A DNA stretch of 64,000 nucleotides. It comes from a candidate division FCPU426 bacterium (GTDB lineage Bacteria > Oederibacteriota > Muellerivitia > Muellerivitales > Muellerivitaceae). The position numbers were made by a program, and so were the translations under genes. The stretch lies in assembly GCA_963830915.1 (NCBI GenBank), contig CAWHOE010000034.1, positions 44,703-108,702 of the forward strand, given 5' to 3'. The notes under the pieces are model-generated. The model ran no database searches, was not told the DNA's origin, and was given only the letters and a program-made list of their open reading frames with translations. Shown one piece after another: positions 49,456-59,511 of this stretch (the stretch's first letter is position 1; each line of letters begins with the position of its first letter).

Positions 49456-49911
49456 ATGAAAATACTAGTCCGTTATTCCGTGGCCCCCAAACCTGTCACC
49501 GAACTTTGGTTAAAAAAGCTATCGGCGATGGTCTTGCGTTCGGTCAAGGGACCGGCGTTTGAGAAAATTTCTGAACTGTCCATTGTCTTGACAAGGGATG
49601 GGGAAATCCGGCGGTTGAACCGCCAGTATAGAAAAAAAGACAAGACGACCGATGTTCTGTCATTCCCCTTGCTGGAAGGAGGAGGTCCAAAGGTCAAGAA
49701 CGCTGGCTCCTTGGCTTTGGGAGATGTCGTTATCAGCGTTCCCCGGGCTGAACGGCAGGGCAAGGAAAAGGGATGGACCTTGCGGAAGGAATTGGCCATG
49801 CTCCTCATCCATGGAATTCTCCATCTTTTAGGCTATGATCATGTTAGCTTGACTCAAGAAAAAAAGATGTTCGGTCTGCAAGACCGTTTATTAAAGAAAT
49901 TCAAGGTCTAG
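49456..49911 (+). CDS. ybeY: rRNA maturation endoribonuclease YbeY
   Basis: LNRQYR, TDVLSF, LGDVVIS, HGILHLLGYDH. Confidence 0.96.
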   Translation: MKILVRYSVAPKPVTELWLKKLSAMVLRSVKGPAFEKISELSIVLTRDGEIRRLNRQYRKKDKTTDVLSFPLLEGGGPKVKNAGSLALGDVVISVPRAERQGKEKGWTLRKELAMLLIHGILHLLGYDHVSLTQEKKMFGLQDRLLKKFKV

Positions 49912-49919
49912 AAAACAAT

Positions 49920-51350
49920 ATGGATTCCTATTTCCTCGCCCATCTCATCATCCTTTCCGCCCTGATCCTGGTGTCCATCTTCTTTTCTGCGGTGGAAACA
50001 AGCCTGCTCTCCTTTCCCCGTTCCATGTTGGATGGCAAATCCCAACAACCGGGCCTATTGGGATTGGCTTTCAAAGCCTGGCAGGAGCATCCCAACCGCA
50101 TCCTAACCTCCATTCTTATCGGCAACAACGCCGTCAATATCGCCGCCACCAGTTTGGTGGCCTATTCGGCCGTTCATTTGGCCCTGGTCAACAATTGGAG
50201 CCTGCCCCTGACGGGAACGGTGGCTTCCATCTCCGTGACCATCATCATCATCGTTTTCGCCGAGGCCCTTCCCAAAGTGGCGGCTCGTTCGAATTCGGTG
50301 CTGGCGGCTACCTGGTTGATCGTTCCCATTTATTTTTTCGATCGTCTTTTAAGCCCTTTTACCTGGGCCTTGGTGCATATGTTCGGTTTTTTCCTCAGCA
50401 AAGTCGGCCATACCAATGTTTCCGTCGTCACCGAGGAGGACATCAAGCACATGATCGAGATGGGGGAGGAGTCGGGGACCATCCAGGAAGAGGAAAAGAG
50501 GATGATCCATTCGGTGTTGAAGTTCACCGACACCAAGGCCAACGACGTCATGGTCCCCCGGACGGAGATGTTCTGTGTGGATATCAACACCGACCTGGAT
50601 AGGCTGCTGGACCTGGTGGTCAAGAACGGGTACTCCCGGATGCCGGTTTACAAGGGGAACTTGGACAACATCGTGGGCATCATCAATACCCGAGACCTGT
50701 TGTCCATCTGGAAGAATAAAGAACTGATCGTTATCCAGGATCTTTTGCGAAAACCCTATTTTGTCCCGGAGACCATGAGAGTGGACCGGCTTTTGCACGA
50801 GTTCCAACGGGGCCATATCCATATGGCCATCGTGGTGGATGAGTTCGGCGGGACCGCCGGCATGGTGACCATGGAGGACCTGGTGGAGGAGATCGTCGGC
50901 GAGATCCGCGACGAGTATGACGTGGATGAGGAAAAAGCCATCGCCAAGCAGGCGGATGGATCCTGGATCATCGACGCGGGAACCCCCCTGGACGAGGTCA
51001 ATGAGGCTTTAGGGGTGCGTTTGACCCCTAAGGAAGATGTCTCCACCCTAGGCGGATATTTGATGGAAAAGCATGGGCGGTTCCCCAAAAAAGGAAGGGT
51101 CATCGAGGACAAGGAAGCGGTCTTCACCGTTCTGGAAGCCAGTGAGAAAAAGATCCACAAGGTGAAGGCGGTCAAAAGGGAAGTGCCCCTGCCGGATATG
51201 GAACCGGAAATGGCCAAACCCAAGACCCGCAAACGCAAACCCAAAGCCCCTTCATCCTCTTTGGAAAATGCCGATAGCCCTACGCCGTCCGAGCCCGCTG
51301 AAAAATATGAAACACCCGAATCCAACCAATCGAAGGATCCCCAACCATGA
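49920..51350 (+). CDS. HlyC/CorC (CNNM) family membrane protein with CBS domains
   Basis: DUF21-type TM region (ILIGNNAVN), VMVPR, YSRMPVY, VVDEFGGTAGMVTMEDLVEEIVGEI. Confidence 0.93.
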   Translation: MDSYFLAHLIILSALILVSIFFSAVETSLLSFPRSMLDGKSQQPGLLGLAFKAWQEHPNRILTSILIGNNAVNIAATSLVAYSAVHLALVNNWSLPLTGTVASISVTIIIIVFAEALPKVAARSNSVLAATWLIVPIYFFDRLLSPFTWALVHMFGFFLSKVGHTNVSVVTEEDIKHMIEMGEESGTIQEEEKRMIHSVLKFTDTKANDVMVPRTEMFCVDINTDLDRLLDLVVKNGYSRMPVYKGNLDNIVGIINTRDLLSIWKNKELIVIQDLLRKPYFVPETMRVDRLLHEFQRGHIHMAIVVDEFGGTAGMVTMEDLVEEIVGEIRDEYDVDEEKAIAKQADGSWIIDAGTPLDEVNEALGVRLTPKEDVSTLGGYLMEKHGRFPKKGRVIEDKEAVFTVLEASEKKIHKVKAVKREVPLPDMEPEMAKPKTRKRKPKAPSSSLENADSPTPSEPAEKYETPESNQSKDPQP

Positions 51351-51393
51351 GGTTCCGCGAGGGGATGGGCGAAACTTTGACAGGAGCAAGACC

Positions 51394-52158
51394 CTGAGTT
51401 ACCTGGATTGCCACAGCCACACCGCCGAGTGGAGCGATGGACGCCAATCCATCGAACAGGTCCTGGAAAAAGCCCGCGCCGAGGGTGTTCGGGTCGGTCT
51501 ATCCGATCACGCGGGGATCGCGGACTATCTCAATTCCAACGATCGGCTCCTGGCTTACGCCGATTTTCTGACCCAATATCCGGTGGCTCGCGGGTTGGAG
51601 ATGGACTTGGGACGGAGTTTTCTCATCGATTCCCAAACCAGGAAAAGGTTCGATTATCTCATCGGGAGCGTCCATAACCTGTCGGGCGATGGTTTCGCCG
51701 TGGAGTTCCATCCTTTCATCCGTTTTTTGAATGGGGAATTGCCTCATTATGATGTTCGGGCTCAGATCAAGGATATGGATCTCTTCTTCAAGACCCACCT
51801 TGAACTATTGAAAAAGGAGTTCTCGAAACAAAAATTCGATATCCTGGGCCATTGTTCTTTATTGCCGCCGCTTGCTTTAGGCGCGCCGGAGGAGCATTTT
51901 CCCCAATGGTGGGAGGAAGAATTGATAAAGATCCTTTTGACCTATGGTGTTGCCATGGAAATATCGAACCGATGGAGGACGCCTTACGGCCGATTGATGG
52001 AAAAGGCTGTCGAAGGCGGAGTGAGATTTTCCTGCGGCTCGGACGGTCATAGCCCCAAGAAAACCTGTGTGTTGGATTATCCCAAGGAAATGATCGAAAG
52101 ATTCAGGGTCCCCTCCGACCGGATCTTTGATGTCGCCCGCAAGATCGAAGCGGCTTGA
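51394..52158 (+). CDS. PHP-domain phosphoesterase (histidinol phosphatase/YcdX-like); start uncertain
   Basis: DCHSHT, SDH, GLEMD, IGSVH, ILGH, GSDGH; AGGAG RBS precedes a CTG at 51394 (upstream ATGs overlap the corC-type gene). Confidence 0.8.
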   Translation: MSYLDCHSHTAEWSDGRQSIEQVLEKARAEGVRVGLSDHAGIADYLNSNDRLLAYADFLTQYPVARGLEMDLGRSFLIDSQTRKRFDYLIGSVHNLSGDGFAVEFHPFIRFLNGELPHYDVRAQIKDMDLFFKTHLELLKKEFSKQKFDILGHCSLLPPLALGAPEEHFPQWWEEELIKILLTYGVAMEISNRWRTPYGRLMEKAVEGGVRFSCGSDGHSPKKTCVLDYPKEMIERFRVPSDRIFDVARKIEAA

Positions 52159-53081
52159 TGGGGACCGCGGAACTCATTTGCGGCGCTGTGGCGGTCTTGG
52201 GCAAACCCAATGTGGGGAAATCAACGTTCCTGAATACGGTCCTGGGACAAAAGATCGCCATCGTCTCCCCCCGGCCCCAGACCACCCGCACCGCCATGGC
52301 CGGCATCTACCAGGATGACGCTTCCCAGATCGTTTTTTACGATACCCCCGGCATCCATCTGCCGCACAACAAGTTGTCCCAAACCATGATCCATGTGGTG
52401 GAGGAGGTCATTGACGGGTCGGACGCTGCCCTGTTCCTGGTGGACGCCAAAGAAGGCATCACGTCCGAGGACAAATTGGTGGCCGAATGGCTCCAAAAAT
52501 ACAAAAAGCCGGTCCTTTGCGCGCTTAACAAGACCGACCTGGTCCCGGCGGGACGGGTGCAAGAATTGAGCGGCAAACTCAAGGAAGAGTACGGGCAATG
52601 GCTTCTTTTCCGTGTTTCGGCGAAAACAGGTCATGGGGTAAACGAGGTCCTGGCTCAACTGAAAAGATTCCTGCCCAAACAGGAGCCTCTTTTTCCCGAG
52701 GATGAGATCACCGACAAGACCATGAGAGAGATCGCCTCCGAACTGGTAAGGGAACAATGTTTTCTCCAGATAAAACAAGAGGTTCCCTATGGGGTAGCGG
52801 TGGTCATTGATAAGTATGAGGAAAGGGAAGAACCTAACCCAATTCTTATCCAGGCGACCATCTATGTGGAGAAGGACAGCCAGAAAGGGATCCTCATTGG
52901 CGCGCAGGGCAAGCAATTGAAGGCCCTGGGCACAGCCGCCCGCTTGGAAATAGAGAAATTACTGGACCGGAAGGTGTTCCTGGAGTTATGGGTAAAAGTC
53001 CTGAAGAATTGGCGGAAGGATGAGGATATCCTGAAGAGGCTCGGTTATATCGTTTCAAAGAAGAGCAAACATGAAAAATAA
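52155..53081 (+). CDS. era: GTPase Era
   Basis: GKPNVGKST, PQTTR, DTPG, NKTD, SAK, KH domain with SQKGILIG. Confidence 0.97.
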   Translation: MMGTAELICGAVAVLGKPNVGKSTFLNTVLGQKIAIVSPRPQTTRTAMAGIYQDDASQIVFYDTPGIHLPHNKLSQTMIHVVEEVIDGSDAALFLVDAKEGITSEDKLVAEWLQKYKKPVLCALNKTDLVPAGRVQELSGKLKEEYGQWLLFRVSAKTGHGVNEVLAQLKRFLPKQEPLFPEDEITDKTMREIASELVREQCFLQIKQEVPYGVAVVIDKYEEREEPNPILIQATIYVEKDSQKGILIGAQGKQLKALGTAARLEIEKLLDRKVFLELWVKVLKNWRKDEDILKRLGYIVSKKSKHEK

Positions 53082-54123
53082 AAAAACCAAGATTGTCTGT
53101 ACCATTGGGCCGGCTTCCCGATCCGAGAAAATCCTGGGTCAAATGATGAAAGCGGGAATGAACATTACCCGTCTAAATTTCGCCCACGGTACCTTAAGGG
53201 AGCACGGAGAGGACATCCGACGTATCCGAAAAGTATCCGCTCAATTGCGCAAACCGATCGAGATCCTCATCGACCTCCCTGGCCCCAAGATCCGTCTTGG
53301 GAAATTGAAAAAAGAACCAATTTATCTTAAAAAGGGGAACAAGGTCACATTGACCACGAAGGATATCAAGGGCGATGGGAAGACCCTCCCGGTCAATTAT
53401 GAGCAACTCCCTCGAAGCGTCAAAAAAGGCGGGTTGGTCTATCTGAATGATGGGTTCCTTCAATTGAAGGTGTTGAAAGTCTCAGAAGAAGAAGTTTACT
53501 GCGAAGTCCTTGTGGGCGGCATCCTTTATTCATTCAAAGGTTTGAACCTGCCGGAAGCCAGGCTTTTCGTTGAACCTGTCACCCCACAGGACCTGCATTA
53601 CCTGGAATTTGGTTTGAGCCATGGGGTCGACTTGTTCGGTGTTTCTTTCGTAGAGAAGGCAAAGGATATCTTGAAGATCAAGTCTTTCGCCAAGTCCAAG
53701 GGATGCAGGGCGCGGACTATCGCCAAGATCGAAAGGTACGAGGCGGTCAAGAATATCGATGGCATCTTGAAGGTGACGGATGCCTTGATGGTTGCCCGGG
53801 GCGACCTGGGAGTGCAGATGGCCATTGAGAAGGTGCCGATCCTCCAGAAACTCCTTATCCATAAGGCAAATTTAAAGGGGGTGCCTGTCATCACGGCCAC
53901 CCAAATGTTGGAGTCCATGGTCCACAACATCCGCCCCACCCGGGCGGAGGCCACCGATGTGGCCAACGCTATCTTGGATGGGACTGACGGGATCATGACC
54001 TCTGAGGAGACGGCGATAGGGGATTATCCCGTGGAGACAGTCCAAATGATGGCGAGTATCGCATCCACTGTTGAGCATTCCATCTTGAGGGTCAAACATC
54101 ACTTCTTGACCCAAAAACTATAA
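53071..54123 (+). CDS. pyk: Pyruvate kinase (A and B domains only, 350 aa)
   Basis: TKIVCTIGPAS, RLNFAHG, DLPGPKIR, AKIE, MVARGDLG, ATQMLESM, RAEATDVANA. Confidence 0.93.
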   Translation: MKNKKTKIVCTIGPASRSEKILGQMMKAGMNITRLNFAHGTLREHGEDIRRIRKVSAQLRKPIEILIDLPGPKIRLGKLKKEPIYLKKGNKVTLTTKDIKGDGKTLPVNYEQLPRSVKKGGLVYLNDGFLQLKVLKVSEEEVYCEVLVGGILYSFKGLNLPEARLFVEPVTPQDLHYLEFGLSHGVDLFGVSFVEKAKDILKIKSFAKSKGCRARTIAKIERYEAVKNIDGILKVTDALMVARGDLGVQMAIEKVPILQKLLIHKANLKGVPVITATQMLESMVHNIRPTRAEATDVANAILDGTDGIMTSEETAIGDYPVETVQMMASIASTVEHSILRVKHHFLTQKL

Positions 54124-54179
54124 CCCCGGAAAGATGTCAGGGACGCGGCTTGTTATGGATAAATGATTTGGGGGACTTC

Positions 54180-55049
54180 TTGAACATTACCTTCATCCTG
54201 ATCGTCGCATTCCTTTTTCTTTTGGCCTGGAGCATAGGGGGTTTCTTATCCTATCGGGTCGGCCAGAAGGCTAAATCCGAACGGCCGCAGATCAAAACAC
54301 AGCCGGTCCTGCGACTGGCGGATCAATGGTTGTTGGAATCCCAAGGAAAGATCCAGGCCCTCATCCTCAGGGCGGAACAGCCCTTGAGTACGGCACAACA
54401 TGAGTTGTTGGACCTGCGTTTAGAAGCGGGGAGACTTCCCCAGGGAAATAAAAGCCTGAAAATGGCCAGGGAATCTTTGCTGGGCCCTGCTCGCGTTAAT
54501 TCTACCGACAAAAAACTTAGGGACCTAATTAGTTTGTACCTTGATGAATCGAGTTATGGGATGGGAGAAGAAGGGGTTTTGTTCCTGAAAACCTCCATGG
54601 GGGACATGCCATGTGTGGAGGTCTCTTCCGATGGAGAGACGCTGACAGAGGCCCAAATGAAGGTCGTCATTGGTCAAGCGGTCCGTGCTCTGGCCGCGGC
54701 CGGGAAGGGAAAGGTCACGGGCGGTTTTGTTTATTTTGGCAGGGAAGCTGATTTTAAAATTTGTCTTGAGAAGGCCGAATGGCTTGAGGGATTACGACAA
54801 AAAAGTCTGGTGGCTATGGATCAAGCGGGATTGATTGCGCTGCTTTCTTCCTTGCGATTGTCCAATGACGTGGACCGTCTGGTGAAAGTTTTCGAGGAGG
54901 GCGTTCGATCTACGGAGGTATTGGTGGGCCAGGCTGACAGGATGGGCGCGGCCCTATCCCGTCTAAGTTCCGATTCCTTGAAAGTGCGCAATATCCTGGA
55001 TGGCGGAACGCCAAGTGTTTTTGACCCTTCGGATCCCAAAAACCTCTAA
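54180..55049 (+). CDS. Hypothetical membrane-anchored protein (weak RmuC-like architecture)
   Basis: N-terminal TM helix, helical segments flanking an alpha/beta middle; no diagnostic motif recognised. Confidence 0.55.
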   Translation: MNITFILIVAFLFLLAWSIGGFLSYRVGQKAKSERPQIKTQPVLRLADQWLLESQGKIQALILRAEQPLSTAQHELLDLRLEAGRLPQGNKSLKMARESLLGPARVNSTDKKLRDLISLYLDESSYGMGEEGVLFLKTSMGDMPCVEVSSDGETLTEAQMKVVIGQAVRALAAAGKGKVTGGFVYFGREADFKICLEKAEWLEGLRQKSLVAMDQAGLIALLSSLRLSNDVDRLVKVFEEGVRSTEVLVGQADRMGAALSRLSSDSLKVRNILDGGTPSVFDPSDPKNL

Positions 55050-55067
55050 AAAACCTTTGCGGGGATT

Positions 55068-55094
55068 GGTTGCCGACCAATAAGGTCGGCAACC
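55068..55094. terminator. Hairpin between convergent genes
   Basis: GGTTGCCGACC-AATAA-GGTCGGCAACC perfect 11-bp stem. Confidence 0.6.
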
Positions 55095-55120
55095 TCCTGT
55101 CCCATCGATTTTTTTAATGT

Positions 55121-55383
55121 TCAGAACCAAACAGGTTTTCTCCAAAAATGATACCAGCGGGGATAGGTCCTAACTATGACAACCGGGTGATAAGGCTGGG
55201 TTGGGATGGCCGCCCAGTGCCTGTGGGGTGGAACAACCACGAAAGGGGCGGGTGGAGGGGTTTGGATCACCAAACGCACCCTGGTATCGGGGAACAGTTG
55301 GAATAAAAATAAACACCAGCCTTCGCTGTAGAGGCCATGCCGAAAGAAATGACCATCGCGAGTGATATTAGGAACTTTTTCAT
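55121..55383 (-). CDS. Small secreted Pro-rich protein, one frameshift
   Basis: AGGAGG RBS then MKKFLISLAMVISFGMASTAKA (signal peptide); joins DTRVRLVIQTPPPAPFVVVPP...WF after removing one base near 55290. Confidence 0.6.
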
Positions 55384-55519
55384 CTTGGACCTCCTGGGGA
55401 ATCTTTATCCTTATCGCTGATATTAAGACGGACGACCGGTAACAAAAGTTACGAATGGTAATCATGGGGAATTTCACGGATATATGGTTTGTGTCAACAT
55501 TAGCTCTGGGGCAAGAAAA

Positions 55520-56950
55520 GTGAATAGACATCTACTTTTGGAATTTATCTCGGGTTTGAGGACCCTTGGGATATTCATCTTGTTCGGCTTTTCCCAGGAG
55601 GCTTATGCCGCCGGCATGGCGTCCCCGGACCCAGCCCGGTGCCTGCCTGTCAGCGCTAGATTGTGCGTGGCTGGGGATGATATCACTGATATCTGGATCG
55701 ATGGTTCCTACCTGGGCACCAAGGAATATTGTGATTTAAGAAAGGGCTGTACGCCCGATACGCTTTGCCTGCCTGTCCCTCTTCAGATGCTTCCGGATCC
55801 GGAGGTTTGCCTGGCCATCAAGACGGTGAACAAGAATCCAGTCATGGTCTATAGTTCCTGGGAGTTGGAGGTGGATTGTTCCGGCGATAAAACTTTTATA
55901 CTGAATAGCGAGAATCCAGCTCGATCAGGGGTTTCCCTTTATTGGGACCCATCCGGGGGTGTTTCTTGCGGCCAGGGCGATCCGCCGCCCATCGACGGTA
56001 AAGGCCGATCCTGGACGGACCAAAGTTATCAACCGGATAACAATCCTTTTAAGGTCAGCGGGTCCTCAGTGACAGCCAATACTTGGACAGCGGCTCAGAT
56101 CAAGAATGTACGGACAGGGATGGTCATGTCCTATATTTCCTATGATCCAAACGCTGTGGGGACCGGTGCCGCCCAGGCCTGTGGGGTCCTTTATTGGAGA
56201 CAAGTTGGAAGACTTCCTGTGTGGATACCGACCGCTACCCCAACGGTGGTATTCACATCAACCAAGACTTTTACACCCACGTCCACATTCACACCTTCTA
56301 GGACTTATACCACAACCTACACTTATACCCCCTGGCCCACACCCACAGAAACCCCAACGTCCCTACCGATCCATGTTTATAACCCCGGGGCGATACCAAC
56401 GGACACTCCGCAACCGGCTCCAACTTCCACGCCTGTTCCAATCCGCCGGATTAGAGTGGCCCCAACGGCAACACCCATGTTCAAGCCCAGGCTCAGCCCT
56501 CCTGTCAGGGAACGCCGTATTAAAATTCAACCCACGCCAACATTTATTTGGATTCGCCCCACACGGACCCCGACTTTGGTTCCCTGGTTGAATCCAACGC
56601 CCATTCCGAAGCCCACTCGAAATATTCCACATCCACTCCCGGATTGGTTGTCAAAACTGGATAAAGCTCAGACGATCGTCTTTCAAACACCACCTGTGGA
56701 TATTTACGTGACGTTCGCGGATGGGCCAGGCCGGTATGAATTGGTCATTGTTGATGGCCAGGGGAATCCTTTGGCGACGATCTATAACCAGAAGGTCGTG
56801 GCTCAAAGCGACGCTTGGGTGACCTGGGACGGAAAAGATAGTCATGGGTCGAATGTCCGGCCGGGAAAATATTTCGCTATATTCTACCGGAATGGGATCC
56901 TACTCAGGAGCATCTCTGTTTTCCGATCGGGCGGTGGAACCACCCCTTGA
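55520..56950 (+). CDS. Secreted Cys-rich protein with Pro/Thr linker and C-terminal FlgD-Ig-like domain
   Basis: Signal peptide; GDD..IWIDG jelly-roll-like start; PTATPT/TFTPT repeats; VTWDGKDSHGSNVRPGKYF. Confidence 0.75.
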   Translation: MNRHLLLEFISGLRTLGIFILFGFSQEAYAAGMASPDPARCLPVSARLCVAGDDITDIWIDGSYLGTKEYCDLRKGCTPDTLCLPVPLQMLPDPEVCLAIKTVNKNPVMVYSSWELEVDCSGDKTFILNSENPARSGVSLYWDPSGGVSCGQGDPPPIDGKGRSWTDQSYQPDNNPFKVSGSSVTANTWTAAQIKNVRTGMVMSYISYDPNAVGTGAAQACGVLYWRQVGRLPVWIPTATPTVVFTSTKTFTPTSTFTPSRTYTTTYTYTPWPTPTETPTSLPIHVYNPGAIPTDTPQPAPTSTPVPIRRIRVAPTATPMFKPRLSPPVRERRIKIQPTPTFIWIRPTRTPTLVPWLNPTPIPKPTRNIPHPLPDWLSKLDKAQTIVFQTPPVDIYVTFADGPGRYELVIVDGQGNPLATIYNQKVVAQSDAWVTWDGKDSHGSNVRPGKYFAIFYRNGILLRSISVFRSGGGTTP

Positions 56951-56970
56951 AATGAGCCCTGGGAAAGGGA

Positions 56971-57363
56971 ATGATGAATATACTTATGGATAACTTCGGA
57001 TGGTTTAAAACGAACATTTACGCGACTCGTCCTCGGGACCAGGATGTTTATTACCATCCTCGTCGATACGATCAAACCAAAGGGGAGGTGGCCAGGATAG
57101 TGAACGAAGTCATCCGTGGACTGCCCGGTTGGAAGATCGTTGAATACCGGGAGCCTCAGGGCTTATTACACGTTACCCATTCAGGTTGGTTTCCTGGATT
57201 TGTCCAGGATATCCATCTATATATCATCCAAGGGTTGGACGGTTTCACGACATTGGAGATCCTCTCCCGATCGCGAACGAATGGGGGGGATTTCGGCCAG
57301 AATAAGCGAAATATAAAGAGTCTTCTCCATCGAATGGACGCCAAAATAGTTTCTTCTCTTTAA
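56971..57363 (+). CDS. DUF1499-like protein
   Basis: GFVQDI...SRSRTNGGDFGQNKRNI pattern. Confidence 0.65.
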   Translation: MMNILMDNFGWFKTNIYATRPRDQDVYYHPRRYDQTKGEVARIVNEVIRGLPGWKIVEYREPQGLLHVTHSGWFPGFVQDIHLYIIQGLDGFTTLEILSRSRTNGGDFGQNKRNIKSLLHRMDAKIVSSL

Positions 57364-57400
57364 CCGCGGAAAATTCCAGAAAAAACTGTTGCCTTTAACT

Positions 57401-57430
57401 TATACGGATGTATAGTTATACGACTGTATA
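57401..57430. promoter_or_regulatory. Tandem palindromic operators (TATAC-N4-GTATA x2), probable TetR autoregulatory site
   Basis: TATACGGATGTATA-GT-TATACGACTGTATA overlapping a TTGCCT/TATAGT promoter directly upstream of the TetR RBS. Confidence 0.75.
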
Positions 57431-57445
57431 ATAAAAGGAGTGGTT

Positions 57446-58093
57446 ATGACTCGTCCTTCCCAAAATGCCGACCTTCGCCTCATTGAGGCGGCCCAGAAAA
57501 TGCTCAAAAATACCAGTCTAAGTCAGATGAATCTTCGCCAAGTGGCAGCAAATGCCGGTGTGAATCTTGGGATGTTCCATTACCATTTCAAATCAAAAGA
57601 CCAATTCAGCCGAGCGGTCATGCAGGATGTATATGAGAGATTCTTCAAAAATTTCAATTTGAGAATCGAGGAGGCGGATTCGTCCATCGAAAAATTAAGG
57701 CAGGCCCTTTTGGCTATCGGTGTATTTGTTCGTGATCACCGCAGACTGATGCTCAACATGATGAGGGATGTTTTGGACCACAACGAAGTGGCTATTTCCT
57801 ATGTAAAGGCCAATGGGCAGAGACACGCGATCGTTCTTTGGGACTTGGTAGGTAGGTGTCAGAAAGAAGGTGTGCTCGAAAAAATGCCGCGGCCGCAAGC
57901 TCTGGCCTATTTGATGCCATCGGTGGTGGGCGCATCCCTTGCGGTTGGCGGAGCGGAAAGTGTGGCCAAGACGGTATTCGAAAAAGGGTTCCTCAAAGGG
58001 GCCGACCTTTTAGTGCTGTCCGATAAGGCACTTCAAAAAAGGATCGATATGGCTCTTAAAGGTTTAGGCGCCAAGGAAAGGGGAGGAAAGTGA
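57446..58093 (+). CDS. TetR/AcrR family transcriptional regulator
   Basis: LRQVAANAGVNLGMFHYHFKSKD helix-turn-helix. Confidence 0.92.
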   Translation: MTRPSQNADLRLIEAAQKMLKNTSLSQMNLRQVAANAGVNLGMFHYHFKSKDQFSRAVMQDVYERFFKNFNLRIEEADSSIEKLRQALLAIGVFVRDHRRLMLNMMRDVLDHNEVAISYVKANGQRHAIVLWDLVGRCQKEGVLEKMPRPQALAYLMPSVVGASLAVGGAESVAKTVFEKGFLKGADLLVLSDKALQKRIDMALKGLGAKERGGK

Positions 58094-59511
58094 TGGCTAA
58101 AAGAATAATTTTCTCTATGCTTTTGATGATTTTCTCACTCGGCCCCGCTATCGTTGAAAAAGGAGCTTTGGCGGAAAACTCGTCGCCAGTCACGACCTTG
58201 AGCCTTTCATTAACCGAATTGACCCAAGATGCCCTGAAATACTCCGCCAAATTGGAGTCGGCGCGACTGATGGCCGAATCAACCCGTAGTGAGGCCAATT
58301 CCCTTGGAGCTGCTGAATTTCCCCATCTGCAATTAGGGGGAACTTATTTTTATGATACGACCATTCCAGAATTATCCTTGAGTCCTAAAACCCCATCTGT
58401 TCCTTTTGGATTCAATAATAACTGGAGCGCGAATGCCTCCCTTAATTTCGATCTGTGGGATTTCCGTTCCCTTCATAACCAAGCCAATAGCGCTTTCGCG
58501 GCTTATCAAGCCCAGGACCAATCTTACGAGGCGGGTAAACGCCAACTTCTCTTGGCCTTGAGAATGGAATATTTTCAGGTGCAGATCAACCTTGAACAGG
58601 TAAGGCTTTTGGGCGATTCGCTCAAAGTGGCGCAGGCGCAGTATGAGGATATCAGTCACCAGGCCAAGTTCGGTACAGCCAGCCGTTTGGACAGCCTATC
58701 TTCCCATCAGGAAGTCCTGAGTTACCAAAGGTCATTCAGCCAGGCCCAAGCAAATCTTTCCTCTTCCTTGCGGGATCTGTTCAATTTGGCGGGTGTCCAA
58801 GAAATGGCCGATTTTACCGATCCGATGGACTTTCGCATGAAAGGGAACCTGCCCAAGGGCGTTTCCGACCCATCGGTCTGGCTTTCCATGGACCCTGAAG
58901 ACGACTCCTTGAAAACACTCCAAACAGGAACGGTCGCCCCGCCTGATGATTCAGTGCCCCAGGCCAAGACTTACGCTTACCTGGCTGAGTCGGAAAGGTT
59001 CGCGGCCGACGCGGCGGCAAGCGGAATGCTCCCGAAGCTGACCTTTTCGGCCCAGACGGGATACCAGGACCCCATCGGGCCGATCAACCAGACCTTCCAA
59101 CAAAACACCGTTTCTTTGACTGCTTCCATGCCTCTCTTCGATTGGGGTCAGATACTGGATGACTCGGATGCTAAACGAAAACAATCCCAGGCTTATTTAA
59201 AGAACCTGGATCAAGCCAAAAGCGATTTGACGCGGGATTGGAACAAGGCCCAGGACCAGCTTCGTTCCCTGAATTTCCAACAGACGATCAATCAGACAGC
59301 TGTCACTGAAACCGACGAACTGGCCCGGTTGACCTATAGTTCCTACCGGGCGGGAAGCTCAAAGTTCCTGGAAGTGCAGACCGCCAATTATCAGGCCTTG
59401 AACGCTAAGGTCCAGGCCATTTCGAACGAAGTCCAAATGTTGATGCAGTTATCGGTTCTATCCTCCCTTTCGGGAGATAGTTCGCAGTCGACAGCGAACA
59501 GTCAAAAGTGA
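58090..59511 (+). CDS. TolC family outer-membrane efflux protein
   Basis: Signal peptide; two OEP-like halves (FPHLQL, LPKLTF, SMPLFDWG, YRAG). Confidence 0.9.
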   Translation: MMAKRIIFSMLLMIFSLGPAIVEKGALAENSSPVTTLSLSLTELTQDALKYSAKLESARLMAESTRSEANSLGAAEFPHLQLGGTYFYDTTIPELSLSPKTPSVPFGFNNNWSANASLNFDLWDFRSLHNQANSAFAAYQAQDQSYEAGKRQLLLALRMEYFQVQINLEQVRLLGDSLKVAQAQYEDISHQAKFGTASRLDSLSSHQEVLSYQRSFSQAQANLSSSLRDLFNLAGVQEMADFTDPMDFRMKGNLPKGVSDPSVWLSMDPEDDSLKTLQTGTVAPPDDSVPQAKTYAYLAESERFAADAAASGMLPKLTFSAQTGYQDPIGPINQTFQQNTVSLTASMPLFDWGQILDDSDAKRKQSQAYLKNLDQAKSDLTRDWNKAQDQLRSLNFQQTINQTAVTETDELARLTYSSYRAGSSKFLEVQTANYQALNAKVQAISNEVQMLMQLSVLSSLSGDSSQSTANSQK

